A stretch of 47,890 bases of DNA from Nemertoderma westbladi (lineage: Eukaryota > Animalia > Xenacoelomorpha): assembly GCA_032718475.1 (NCBI GenBank), contig JAUCBJ010007197.1, forward strand, positions 1 through 47,890, in the 5' to 3' direction. The notes under the pieces were generated by a model. That model saw nothing but the letters and a program-made list of their open reading frames with translations. It had not been told where the DNA came from and did not search any database. Numbering within the stretch: position 1 is the first letter of the stretch; each line of letters begins with the position of its first letter. Shown piece after piece: positions 10,899 to 22,700 of this stretch. The position numbers were made by a program, and so were the translations under genes.

Positions 10899-13800
10899 CA
10901 ACATATGGAGTGGGTGTGTGACTCTATTATTTTATATTATTTTATTATTTTTATATTTCTGTATGTATTACTATGTAATTTTATTATAATCGTTTTCTTT
11001 AATTTTATTCAGTAGAATGTTATTTTAGCGATTATTTAGTAGATTAGTGCAATATATATTCGCGTTTATTACTTAATTACGTATATATTATATTTAATGC
11101 GACGGCAAGAAATAATTCTTTTTCTCTTTCCTTACTGTCCGTATCATATTATAAATACGTGACTACAGTAAGATGAAATGTCCGTACTTATTAAAGTACA
11201 ATAAAGCCACTACTATATTTAAGTATTATTGGTAGGCAGAGTATTAGGAATGCAAAGTTCAGATCCTCGTGTCTCGGCTAAACCAAGCTCTGGGTAGACC
11301 TTGGAAACGACTTGCCTCTTCACACTGACATTGCTTCGTGCGATATTGCTCTCATACCGTATATAATAATACATATAGTAGCGTGATGTCCCTCTAACAG
11401 TAGCGTAAAACGCACATAAATCTGTTAAACCTTTTGACCATCTGTAATTCTAGTCGATTAAGATATCGCGGCACCCACCGATATACTTGAAAGACAAATT
11501 ATAGAATCAGTGGTTAACGTCCCCAGACAAGTTCTGGAATAAATCGGTGCCCATCTCAAATATTAATTATTTAATATTTGCAAATCTAATAAATCAAAAT
11601 CTGTAAAATTCAGATCCTTCAACAATTCTAGTCAATTAAGATATCGTAGCATTTACCGATATTCTTAAAAAGACAATTGTCATAGAATTAAGGATCTTGT
11701 GTCCCCAGACATATTCTAGAATCAAAATATGTCCATTTAATTATTAAATAATAAAATTTCAGGGAATAATTTAAATTCATGCCTTTTAATGAATTTAATA
11801 AATTGCCATTTTTACGCAATTTATAACATTCCCAAAATTCCATTAATTAATAGATCACGGGAGCGGAGATTTATCTTATTATGCGTATGAGTGTGCGAAA
11901 GTCTCCCAAACATAGTCAATAGCCGATAAAATTCATAAAGTCATGTATAAAACAGAGCATTGATCATTAAAGAATTACTATTAAATAACATCCCAGATCT
12001 GTATGCATTGGAATTACCCTAATTCTACCGCTAGCTTTGCATAATGTCACCATAGCAACAACCACGCTAGAATTAGAATTGAGTTAAAAGAACAATAGAA
12101 AGCTTGTCCCATTGAATAGCATAGGGAATAAATAGCGCACTGCTAGTATCCAAGGATACATAATAATACAGTGACATTCTGGAAGGCATTGACTAACGGA
12201 CAAGTGACCCGAGTGTGTGTAATTTGTGACAAGTTGTGTGTGTGGTATTTGTGAGTTTATAGGCGAATGTTACTACTAAGGTGTGTTTACAGTAGCGAGT
12301 CGCAATTGTGAAAGTAACCCTAACTCTCCAGTAAGAACCTGAGGTGCATCTAAGCCTTTGGGACGGACAGTCGAGTGACTTGTGCCGGTTGTCGTTGTCG
12401 TTGTGCGGCTACGTCGTTGGCGAAAGTACAGCGGCGACGACACATCGGCGCTGAGGATCTCGTACTGTCCGGGGGTTGATTGGGGTAGGCAGCGACGCCC
12501 GCTCGCCTAAATATAAACTCATTATAATATGGATAAACTCATATATAGCAGATATGACGGAGTTGATAGAAGATGGTCTTAGTATCGGGGAGCGATATAC
12601 TCTACTTTTACAAGCGTTTGTTGATAGCTTAATACGCGGCGACGTTAGTCCAACTGCTGCGGAGGACGATGGTCGTTATATCGAACCGCCAATGTCCCAA
12701 GAGCAGCTCGCGCGAGTTGGACTATAGAAAATTCGCTGCTCGATATACGCAGCGTAATGGTACGTATATGGTCTTCTTAACTACTGGTCATCCTATCGAT
12801 TTACATAATACGGACTATGTCGACTATATATCCTGCCCAGCGGAGTCGGAACCATAAACTGAAATTCGAATGCGAAAATTCTATTCGAAATCGACTCGAA
12901 AGAAAAGACATTAAAGAAACAAATAAACGCGGTAACTCCAACATATATTTGGAATTCTTGATAGAAGCATTGTAACAACAAATAAATATCATCCGCGTTT
13001 CCCCTACCAGACGTGCGTCTTTGGTATTATTACGGTAAATGCCCTAGACCCAACTAATAAACGGAAAGACATAAACATCCACGGAAACGTTGTGTTAAAC
13101 ACAGTTGTGCTCGTTATATTTACTGGAGTTTCGAGCGAAACTTGTTTGACGTATCACCTATGCTCACTCGGCTCGAACGATCCTGGAGTAAACCTACGAT
13201 CAGAGTCCCGGAATACTCGGTCAAACCTCCTCATTCCTTAGTTGGACCTCAGACCTGCGATCCTGGTGGTGTCGCGGATCCTCGCGGACTGTATTCACTG
13301 TTCAAAGATCTAGTGCTACCCTAACAATTAATCGGTAACACTCCGACAGTGATTTCTAGCTAGCCGCCCATCTTACCTAGCCGGATTGTGACGCGGACAC
13401 CTAATATCACTATCCAACCGTATGGTCGTCCCGTTTAACGCGATACAACCCTTCATCAAGGTGAAGGAGAGCGTTGTACGAAACGAGTTAAACGCTATTC
13501 TATAAAGATCAAAAAAGAAACCTGCGTTTGTTCAGATAAACGTAAGTTATAACAGTAAGTCCAATCGATAAACGAATTGGCCTTATCTCAGTTCGATTGG
13601 GAAATCTCGAATCTCTAAGAAGATATCAAGCTTAGAAAACCCTATTCTCTGCGAGAGTTTTGGATGAACGTATCCAGCTACGAGCGGAGGAAAATCAGCT
13701 CGAGGAGAAGCATATCGAAACGGCGGATACCCCGACCATAATCCTACACCTTCTGATGCAATCATATTGCACCCTTCACCCAGGATTTATAGCCCTCCTA

Positions 13801-13952
13801 GTAAAGTGGCTCGCCCCAAAGAGAAAAGGACTCTTGCTAGCCTCAAAAAACTGCGTAAACGCCGTCTGCGTAAGAAAGACTAACTGTTTAGAGTATCTTT
13901 ATATTTTAGAAACTGTGATTTGTTATATTTTATAGACTTAAATCCCATTTTC

Positions 13953-13961
13953 TGGGAGCGG
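13953..13961 (+). promoter_or_regulatory. Polypurine tract of element A
   Basis: tgggagcgg immediately before the TG of the 3' LTR. Confidence 0.7.
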
Positions 13962-15574
13962 TGTAAAAGCTTTTGCGTAATTAGCCGGTTATTATCCCCG
14001 TAAAGTACTCTGTGGTTGGTTTACCAGGCATAAAAAGGCCGTGTCCTTGCTGTACTGGTGTTTTGGAGGACATAAAAGCCATTTCTTCTGTATTTGTACT
14101 TTAGAGGACATAATCTGCAATTTCGTGACGTAAAAGCTCGATACTCTTGAAAACAGTGTCGCTACCATGACGACGGCTAACGGCTGATATTGCCACGTTG
14201 CCCCATAGCCCTGCTTTCTGTATCTGCCAATAGGATTTGAGTTGGTTTTGATTTTGACCTATCACAGATCTACTGAACTGAATTTCCTATCTGTATGCTC
14301 ATTCTCTGTGGTGGGTGAGATCTTTGTAGAATAAGGGTAGCTGGTATTCTTATAGTTATTCTTATCAGTTTTTAGTGTTGTTGGTGATTCTAAGCCAGGA
14401 AGAACGGCTTTAGCCCTACACTAGTAGGCTTAATTATAAGGACATATATCCGTTACTAACCAGTTCCCCCCAGTCGCTAGAATACTCTAAAAAGGGGATC
14501 TATAATTCGAATAGCGCAAGCTACCGGCTGATTGGCTGATTCGCTGTGCGAAGGGATCTGGGCTACGTTTGATTGTCCAACCAGCTTGGGAAAGTATCTG
14601 CCAATAAGATTTGAGTTGATTTTGATTTCGACCTATCACAGATCTACTGAACTGAATTTTCCTATCTGTATGCTCTTTCTCTGTGTTGGGTGGAAGCCTT
14701 TGTAAATAAGGTTATTCTTATCAGTTTTCAGTGTTGTTGGTCTTTCTTTCCTGAGCCAGGAGAGAACGGCTTGTAAATATTTTGTGCTTTTCTGTTTTAG
14801 TCTAACACTAGTAGGCTTAATTATAAAGGGCATATATCCGTTATCAAACTGACAACAAAACAAACCAAACAATCCACACTGAATCACTGTGCATACTTTT
14901 ATATTGTTATACTGCTATTTACTGTCAGTTCTTCATAATATGGTTGATGAATTATTATATTTGGAATAACGATAAATAACCCCGAAACCCAATATTCTTG
15001 ATATACCGAAAGTAAGAGAGAAAGGTTACATATAACGATTGTGACTTATGTTAAAGTGGTTTGAAGTGAATCTAATGTTATTTGATAGACCCTACATGAG
15101 TCGGTCCGTGTTCCTTTTATATATAACTAAAATCAGTGAAGATCGGCAGATCAGTGTGCAGTATTGTGCAGCATTGTGTATGAGTGATCCTGATAACGAA
15201 GCATTTCCTAAAGAATGCGCCATATATGTGAATTATAACTAAGCCATATCGTTGTGAGTAGTTTAAGTCATAACTCTGTTTGTATAGATAAAGCGCCACG
15301 TCCTAAAGGAACTGTTAATATTCCCCGAAGGTGAATAATATTGTCAGAGATTATATAATACTGTCAGTCGAATAATACATTAAGCTTACATAGCAATAAG
15401 ATTAAGCCGTCGAACCCAATCTCCCGGGTATATCCAGCGGGTGAATGATCGCGCACAGATTGGTTTCGACTAGTGTAGTGAATTAAATACTTGTCATAGA
15501 CTAAAAGTGATTTATTATCTAGAAGACATCATAATTTGGCGGGTTAAACTGCCAAAGGTCTGAAAGCGCGAACA
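13962..15574 (+). repeat. 3' LTR of element A (1613 bp, with internal duplication)
   Basis: Same termini as the 5' LTR, plus an extra ~390 bp (about 14456-14845) that includes a second diverged copy of the tatctgccaata...catatatccgtta block. Confidence 0.95.
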
Positions 15575-15629
15575 AGATGCTGGCTTAACAAAAATATTTT
15601 GCTACCACCATGCAATCCACAATTGACAA

Positions 15630-16683
15630 GCCCAATGCAGGGTGCATTAAGAATGCTATGCCGGTTTATCAACAAAGATTCACCGCCACAACTCCCTATC
15701 CCCATGACTTTCGCGAGACTATTCGCATCTAAAAAACCAGTGTCCTTTAAGAGGCGTCTCTCAAAAATCATGGGCTGTCCACCATGCTTATTTTCTCCAT
15801 GCGGCTGCCAAAGCACAAGATTGTACACTGCACAGGCTGGTCCTCATTGCGAAAACAATCTCCGGCAAAGCGGAGGCGGCTTTGTTCAAGTGTCAGCTTG
15901 GGGGAACCAATGAGACACCTCCAATGTTATATAGTGTCTGGTTGGTGATGTGTGAGCATTGTACTTGACACAATGAACCCAGCGTAGCATTCTTGTGAAT
16001 GTACCATCTAGAGATTTGGTGTCCTCAGCAGTTAGAGCCCAGCATGGACTCCCATAGAGGAGTACTGGGACTATTGCTGCTCTAAATAATCGGACCTTAA
16101 GTTCCCGATTAATTCTCTGTGACTCCCAAATCCTGGAAAGTCTATTCAAGGCTGCCCATGCCTTTCCCTTACTTTTTTCGAAGGTCCTCACCTGACTTCT
16201 GGATCCATGATCCCAAGTAACAGAAGTCGTCCACATGCACAAGCATACCATCCTTTGAGCTTATGCACATACGATCACGATCAGATATTTCCTTTCACCC
16301 AATCATCATTATGATGATCTAAGGACATTAGTAGAACATAGTCAACCACAATTATGAACAAGAATGGCGCAAGTGTGTCACCCTGGAGGACTCCTCATAA
16401 CATTTCGAATGGTTCTGTGTCACCGTCAACAGTAGTAGCAATAGCAAAAATAGTACAAATGTCTTCGAACCATCTTACTAATCTGATTGCTGCAATAATT
16501 TCATCAGGAATCCAATATAATGAAAGTATGCTGAACATACGTGAGCGAGAGACTGAATCAAAGGGCTTGACGAAGTCAACAAAGCTAACAGCCAGATGTC
16601 TGTCTTTCTTTTTTGACAACTCTTCAATTATCCTTCTAAGTGAAAAAATGGGCTATATGGTCCCCACGACCTTTATATGGAAC
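15630..16683 (-). mobile_element. Degenerate RTE-clade LINE fragment (RT and C-terminus)
   Basis: Broken frames give SFVDFVKPFDSVSR and KAWAALNRLSRIW...KVRLFRAAIVPVLLYGSPCWAL, typical of RTE RT. Same family as the fragments at 29.8, 36.2 and 37.8 kb. Confidence 0.85.
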
Positions 16684-16699
16684 CCAAATCATCTCCAGC

Positions 16700-16917
16700 T
16701 AAACTCACAACTGATTGAACATCGTCAATTACACTCTCCACCGGTTGAATATCTTCAGTTACACTCACTACCGATTTAATATTTCCAGTTACAGTACACT
16801 CACTACCAGTTGAACATCTCCAGTTACACTCAGTACTGGTTGAGCATCTTCAGCTACACTCACTACCGGTTGAACATCTCCAGCTACACTCACTACCGGT
16901 TGAACATCTCCAGTTAC
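16700..16917. repeat. 30-bp minisatellite, ~7 copies
   Basis: Unit ccag(t/c)tacactcactaccggttgaacatct. Confidence 0.9.
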
Positions 16918-16919
16918 TT

Positions 16920-17080
16920 TCTTTAGACACATCTCAAAGGACACTATCCTTGAAGATGCGGATGATCTAGCAAATGTCATGGGTGATAGGGAGTTGTGGC
17001 GGCGCAATTTTGTGGACAAGCTGGCACAGCATTCTTAAAATGCACCTGCAATGCAGCCTGCCGATCCTAGTAATAGTAGT
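16920..17080 (+). mobile_element. 3' end of RTE LINE with (TAG)n tail
   Basis: Matches ~30350-30510 and ~38210-38370; ends gatcctagtaatagtagt. Confidence 0.8.
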
Positions 17081-17344
17081 GTAAATGGATGCCCCATTAT
17101 CCTATCATATTGTAGCAAACGGGCATTTTCGGTGTTTTATCAGAACGAATCATTAAAAGTCCCTCTGAGATTTAACTAATAAGAAACCCCCTAATATCTA
17201 ATTTAAGGGGTTTTATCAGAAATTAAATCCCATATTGCAGTATTGATGGTGCTAAAACAGAGTTTTTTCCTACTTAGGGGGTTTTAGACGGGATCTTATT
17301 TTGCTTTTTTAGCTTTTTTGGCCTCTAGCTTTCTTAGCTGTTTT

Positions 17345-17577
17345 ATTAGCAGCAGCTTGCTCTAGTGGTGACATTCCTGGGCTTCCAATTAGGTAGCCCT
17401 AGTTCGATCCCTAGATGGTGCAGCACTATTTGGGCACAGTCCTTTAAATGCTGCAGCCTAGCCCAACCCCGGCTTTCATCCTTCAGTGGTCGATAAATGG
17501 GAACCAAGGCAACTTGGAAAACAGAGTGGAAGGGTTTACTGTGGAAGATCACCCATGGTGGTGAACAGGCATTCTTA
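17345..17577 (+). mobile_element. tRNA-derived SINE
   Basis: A-box-like ttgctctagtgg (~17357), B-box gttcgatcc (~17402), then gctttcatccttcagtggtcgataaatgggaacca, resembling a conserved central domain of metazoan SINE superfamilies. Confidence 0.7.
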
Positions 17578-18133
17578 GGAAACAGAGTGGAAGGGTTTAC
17601 TGTGGAAGATCACCCATGGTGGTGAACAGGCATTCCTTTAGGAAACAGAGTGGAAGGGTTTATGTGGAAGATCACCCATGGAGGTGAACAGGCATTCCTT
17701 TAGGAAACAGAGTGGAAGGGTTTACTGTGGAAGATCACCCATGGTGGTGAACAGGCATTCTTAGGAAACAGAGTGGAAGGGTTTACTGTGGAAGATCACC
17801 CATGGTGGTGAACAGGCATTCCTTTAGGAAACAGAGTGGAAGGGTTTATATGGAAGATCACCTATGGTGGTGAACAGGCATTCCTTTAGGAAACAGAGTG
17901 GAAGGGTTTACTGTGGAAGATCACCCATGGTGGTGAACAGGCATTCTTAGGAAACAGAGTGGAAGGGTTTACTGTGGAAGATCACCCATGGTGGTGAACA
18001 GGCATTCTTAGGAAACAGAGTGGAAGGGTTTACTGTGGAAGATCACCCATGGTGGTGAACAGGCATTCCTTTAGGAAACAGAGTGGAAGGGTTTATATGG
18101 AAGATCACCTATGGTGGTGAACAGGCATTCCTT
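17516..18133. repeat. Tandem array of 60-62-bp units, 10 copies, derived from the SINE 3' part
   Basis: Unit ggaaacagagtggaagggtttactgtggaagatcacccatggtggtgaacaggcattc(ct)tta, head to tail with no spacers. Confidence 0.95.
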
Positions 18134-18377
18134 GGCTTAACGAGTCTAAAAGATTCTCCCATTCATTTTGCTTTTTCCTCCGTTAATAACGGAGAAGTTA
18201 ACCGTTAATAACCGTTAATGAATATTAATACGTAGTAGAGAAAATGAATATTGATACCTCGCAGAGAGTAAGAGGGATAATATTGTAATAATAAGAATTA
18301 AACATTGGTTCTTCCAGGTTTGGTGGTTTCAGTCGATCTCGATACGCCATTAATTTATAATTAAGTTTTTACACCGT

Positions 18378-19630
18378 TTATAAAATATACCACGTATTAC
18401 CTGCGCGATATTCCATATTGGAGCGGTAATACCGACGGTTGCAGCTCAAATACACGATATGGAAGTTTCTTAGACCTTCGACGAGATTTCCCGATGCGAA
18501 TATATTTTCCATATCGAGTCGCACCTGTTCTTTAGTCAGCATGAAGATAGGATGTGTAAATCGGTTAGAGTAAGGAAAGAGCTTAATCGAGAGATTAGTC
18601 AAGGAAGGAGGGCTGAGCAGGACCTTTTTAAGAGAACTGTAAGACAGAGTTATAGTAAGAGATTCCACAGATGTCATTTGATGAAGATCCTCTTCTGGGG
18701 GTGCTACGTTCATTTCATGAAGGTCCTCTTCTGGAGGCACTATGCTACTATAAGTATTTATAGTCAGTTCCTTTACATTTGGGAACATTTTGGGACCTAA
18801 ATCAACCAATGAAACTTGGGAATTTATAAATCGAACGTTGATGACCTGAACCAGAACGACTCCTCGGTTAACGGCTTCCGAAATAAATTGATCCATATCG
18901 CATTTATCAAAAGTTAAAAACGTTAAGTTAGGGAATCCGCAAAGTTGTTGCAGTAGTTCGCGTTCAAGGTGTGATTGATTCCGATGGCACCAAATCCTAT
19001 TCCATTCTAAATTGAAGTATAAACTCTCAGCTGTATACTTGCAGTAAGGAAGAAGCATGCCTTTAATAAGTTTGTCAGTGGCAGAGACATCAGGTTCGGT
19101 ATCAGAAAGATCGACAGAATTTTCATTATGGGTCTTCCATTCTTTTGAATAGCACTGTAAGGTAAAATCAATGAAACGGAAGTTTGTATCGGATGGGTGT
19201 AAATCGCGCTGAAGTAAATTAATTAGTAGTTCTATTGTTTTCTCAGTGTCAGTGACGATAGAAACTTGGGGTAATAATTCCTGTAAGTTAATCAGATCAG
19301 CGACGGATATTTCGTTACATTTAGAGATGTCCAAAGTCCGCAATCTTTCAAGTGTTTTAAGACTGCAAAGACCGGCGAATGTAACATCGGATTCTGGAAC
19401 ACATAATGTTACTAGGCTGGGGCAGCATATTGCGCAATAGCCTCAATTGTATCGTCATTTACTGCCAATATAGTCTTTAGAGTAGTGAGTTCAGGGAAAT
19501 CAACCATGTTCGCGGGATTAAAACCCATTTCGGACATGGTAATGGAGTTGCTGCCAGATTCCAGCTTTACTCCACCAAGATCCAAAACTCTCAATCCTTG
19601 TGACATTTCCGGGACCCATTCAAAACTTTC
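18378..19630 (-). pseudogene. Leucine-rich-repeat (F-box/LRR, AMN1-like) gene fragment with frameshift
   Basis: GLRVLDLGG...FPELTTL...VNDDTIEAIAQ, a frameshift near 19430, then CCPSLVTLCVPESDVTFAGLCSLKTLERLRTLDISKCNEIS...FPNLTFLTF...FPNVKELTI...PSLTNLSI. Intronless; 5' end not visible. Confidence 0.7.
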
Positions 19631-19762
19631 TGACTACTAACTTTATCTAGCTTTCTATTTATTTTATTATTTAATTATTTTTATTATTTATTTTTAATTA
19701 AATACTGGTGGGAAGGGCGTCTCGCCCTCATTCCCACCCCCCTCAGTCCAAATATTGGACGA

Positions 19763-22700
19763 CTAATCTCTAAGCTGCCCCTCGATCTTCCATCGATTCT
19801 TCCATGAGGCACTGTCCCGCTGTCCCCCTGTGCGTCCTCTTATCTGACGACCCACTTTCCTCGCCAGTTCCAACTCACCAGGAATTGGCTCTCCCTCTTC
19901 CGCGACCCTAAAGTCGGGTCTCTCCGCCGCCTTCTTAACTTCCTGATCTCCTGGCAGCAGAATGCCACCCTTCATCTGGTCTCCCGGCGGCAGAATGAAA
20001 GGAAATCGGAAGAATAGATAGAACAGGACGAACAATAGTAATCCTACCCCTCTCCATCCTGTCTTCTTACTCGACCTCCCCCTTGTCGGTATGCCTCTCA
20101 ACCGGACCGGCGTCTCTTCCGGACACTCTTCTGAACACTCCTCCGGACACTCCTCCAGACTATTGTCCTCCTGACACTCCACCGGACACTCCTCCGGTTT
20201 GTCCTCTGAACATCTCGCCGTCCGCTCCTCTCCATCTCCATACCGATACTTGCTGGGAAATCCATTCTCCTCCGCCCACTCTCTTACTTCTACTTCCACA
20301 TCTGGCTTATCTACCGTTTCTGGTCTCTCTTCTGCGTCCTCTGCGTCTACGGTGCCTGGTAACATGCACCCTGATGTCTCTGCATCACTCTGGATGGAAT
20401 CTTGGTTTTAACTGGGCCGCTAAGCGTCCATCCGAACGGCGTGAGGATCGCCATCTGGGTCCCGCTGCCTGTCTTCGCCGAAGACCGTCTGTGTTCTCTC
20501 GTGGGCCATCGGGCAGTCCATTCCTACTATAATGGATACCTTCCTAACGTCCACCTCTGGTATTGAGAAATCGATACCGTCCAGGAATGTATATTGTTCG
20601 ACTTCGATGTTGGTTGGTCGCCTGGCATTGATATTTATCGACTCTATCACCTGGATGGGGTCGATCGTCGCCCCATAGTCGCATCCCGGTGCTATCGCTG
20701 ATATCTTGCACCGCCCTGTCCTCATCTCCAGGACCTCATCCTTACTTGAGACGGTAGTTACCGCCATTCTATTCGGCCTCGTCTTTAGCCCTATCTCTTC
20801 GGCCACCCAGTTCTCCACCAGCGTGAAGGCTGCTCCGCTGTTGACCAGCATTAATATCGTCACTGATCGACCGCCCTCTCCTGATATCTTCACTGGTACT
20901 ACCCCGAGTAGTACTTTTCTCTTGTTTCTTGCCATTGTTGTGCTTGTAGCCATTGTTTGGCCTCCAGTCTCGGACTCTCCAACTGCTGTTTCTCTACACT
21001 CTCCGGATCTGTGTCCATCTACCACACATCGATGACATAGTCCGTTTGCGTCTGTGTAGGCTATACGATCTTGTTTGGGCAACGCTTGCCAGTGCTTACA
21101 ACTCATGGTCTTATGGGTTCCGTCCCGATGTAATTGACATTCGAATCCTGGATTATAGCATTCCCTATATAGTCCTTCATGTATCGCGCATAGGTTTATA
21201 TCTACCGATTTAGTGTTTCGGTTGTCTGTACTCGGCCTACTGGGTATGTTGGGATTATGTTTATTTGTGGTGTTATTTTCTTTCTGTTCCTGCCACGGTG
21301 TGGCCCTACTCCCAGCTAACTGTGGGCTTGTAGCCCCCTGTGTGGCCGCGTGTGGTAACGACTGTCTTACTCTCGGGAATGGATCTGCAGGATTGTGTTC
21401 GTGTTTAGGCCTGTTGTATTCGGTCTTTGGCGCTAGACTGGGAGGCTATAGACTGGGTCTGTGATCAACTCGGCTTCGTAGTTTAGGAAGCTCGACATCT
21501 CTTCTAGGCCCGGCTCCGCACCCTTCCTCTCTCGAGTGGAGAAAGCGATTTTCCTCCACTTATTGCGCAGCCAGATCGGCAGTGCCTGTGCTATCGTGGT
21601 GATGTTATTAGATGCGTTAAGTTCATATGGCGCATCTAGTGTCTTCAATACGATTAATGCCTTCTCGACCTTGTTCGCAAAGGTCTTTATGCTAACGTGG
21701 TTGTCCTGTAGGCCACCCGATGTTATACCTCTTAGGGTCTGCCGGATGATCTTGGCCGGGTGCCCGTACTCCCTGTCTAGCGCCCGCCATGCAGTCGTGA
21801 AGCCGCCCTCGATGCCCTGGTACTGCCTCACGATGTCGTATGCTGGGCCTCCTGTATACACCTGTAGATATTTTAGGCACTCCGCCTGCGTCAAGTTCTT
21901 ACTTAATATCTCGTTACTGTATATGCGCCGAAACTGCAGGTATTCTTCCGGCCTACTTCCGTCGAATTTAAATGGCTCGACTGGTGGTAACTCGATCCTG
22001 GACTTTAATGCATCGATTAATGTAGCCATTCCCATCGCTTGTGCTTCCAATGGGTTCGATGGATGCTGTACAGATTCTCCCATTGGGTGCGGTCCGTTTG
22101 TCCTATCTGTTGATTTCTTCTGTTGCGTCGGATATATCATGGGGGGTAACGGCCCCCTCCATATTTCCGTGTCACACGACCTGTTCTCGTCCAGGGGGTT
22201 CGATGTTCTTATTGCTGTTCGAGTATATTGTTGATATTGTAATGGGGGAATGTCACCCTGCCCCCTCCCCCCCACCGGTATGTTTGGTACTGGGGTTGAT
22301 GTTAATATATTGGGGCCCATACATCTATCTGCAATAACTCTCCCCTCCCGTGGATATATGTTATGTCCCTGTGTATTATAGTCATGCTGCTGTGCCGGTA
22401 CCAATATAGGCCTATCTACTTCTCGCCTACCTACCGGTATGTACTCCGCGATTTTCGGGTTTAATCCCGTCGTTCGCGCTACCCTATCGCCTACACTATC
22501 TCTCCCAGCATGGCCTATAATAGTATGTGCAGTAAGGCCTACAGTATGTCCTGCAGTCTGCATGTGCCCTTCCGAACCGAAGTTTAGTCTTTGCGAATCT
22601 CGAATCTCCCCGCGACTACCATACTCACGATCGGCAGCTATATCCCGTCGGGAAGCTTCTCTTCGATCCCCACTCCTGTTCTCTTCCTCGTATCGGTACG

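Larger units (their letters stand above)
3769..15574 (+). mobile_element. BEL/Pao LTR retrotransposon, non-autonomous (element A)
   Basis: Two near-identical TG...CA LTRs (3769-4994, 13962-15574), a purine tract before the 3' LTR, and an internal ORF with BEL/Pao gag, zinc knuckles and protease. Flanks aacat / agatg do not form a TSD. Confidence 0.93.

Noticed and set aside
15575-15579. agatg after the 3' LTR equals the Transib TSD
   Set aside because: It is not present directly before the 5' LTR (aacat), so it is not the LTR TSD; a 5-mer coincidence is likely.
17345-17425. tRNA gene
   Set aside because: A/B boxes are present but no convincing cloverleaf, and it continues into SINE body sequence.
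17516-18133. CRISPR-like periodic array
   Set aside because: Units are head-to-tail near-identical with no unique spacers, no cas genes, and the context is eukaryotic.
21536-22234. 232-aa + strand ORF and similar antisense ORFs (e.g. 45318-45833, 46341-46841)
   Set aside because: Shadow frames opposite GC-rich minus-strand coding sequence, with no recognisable motifs.
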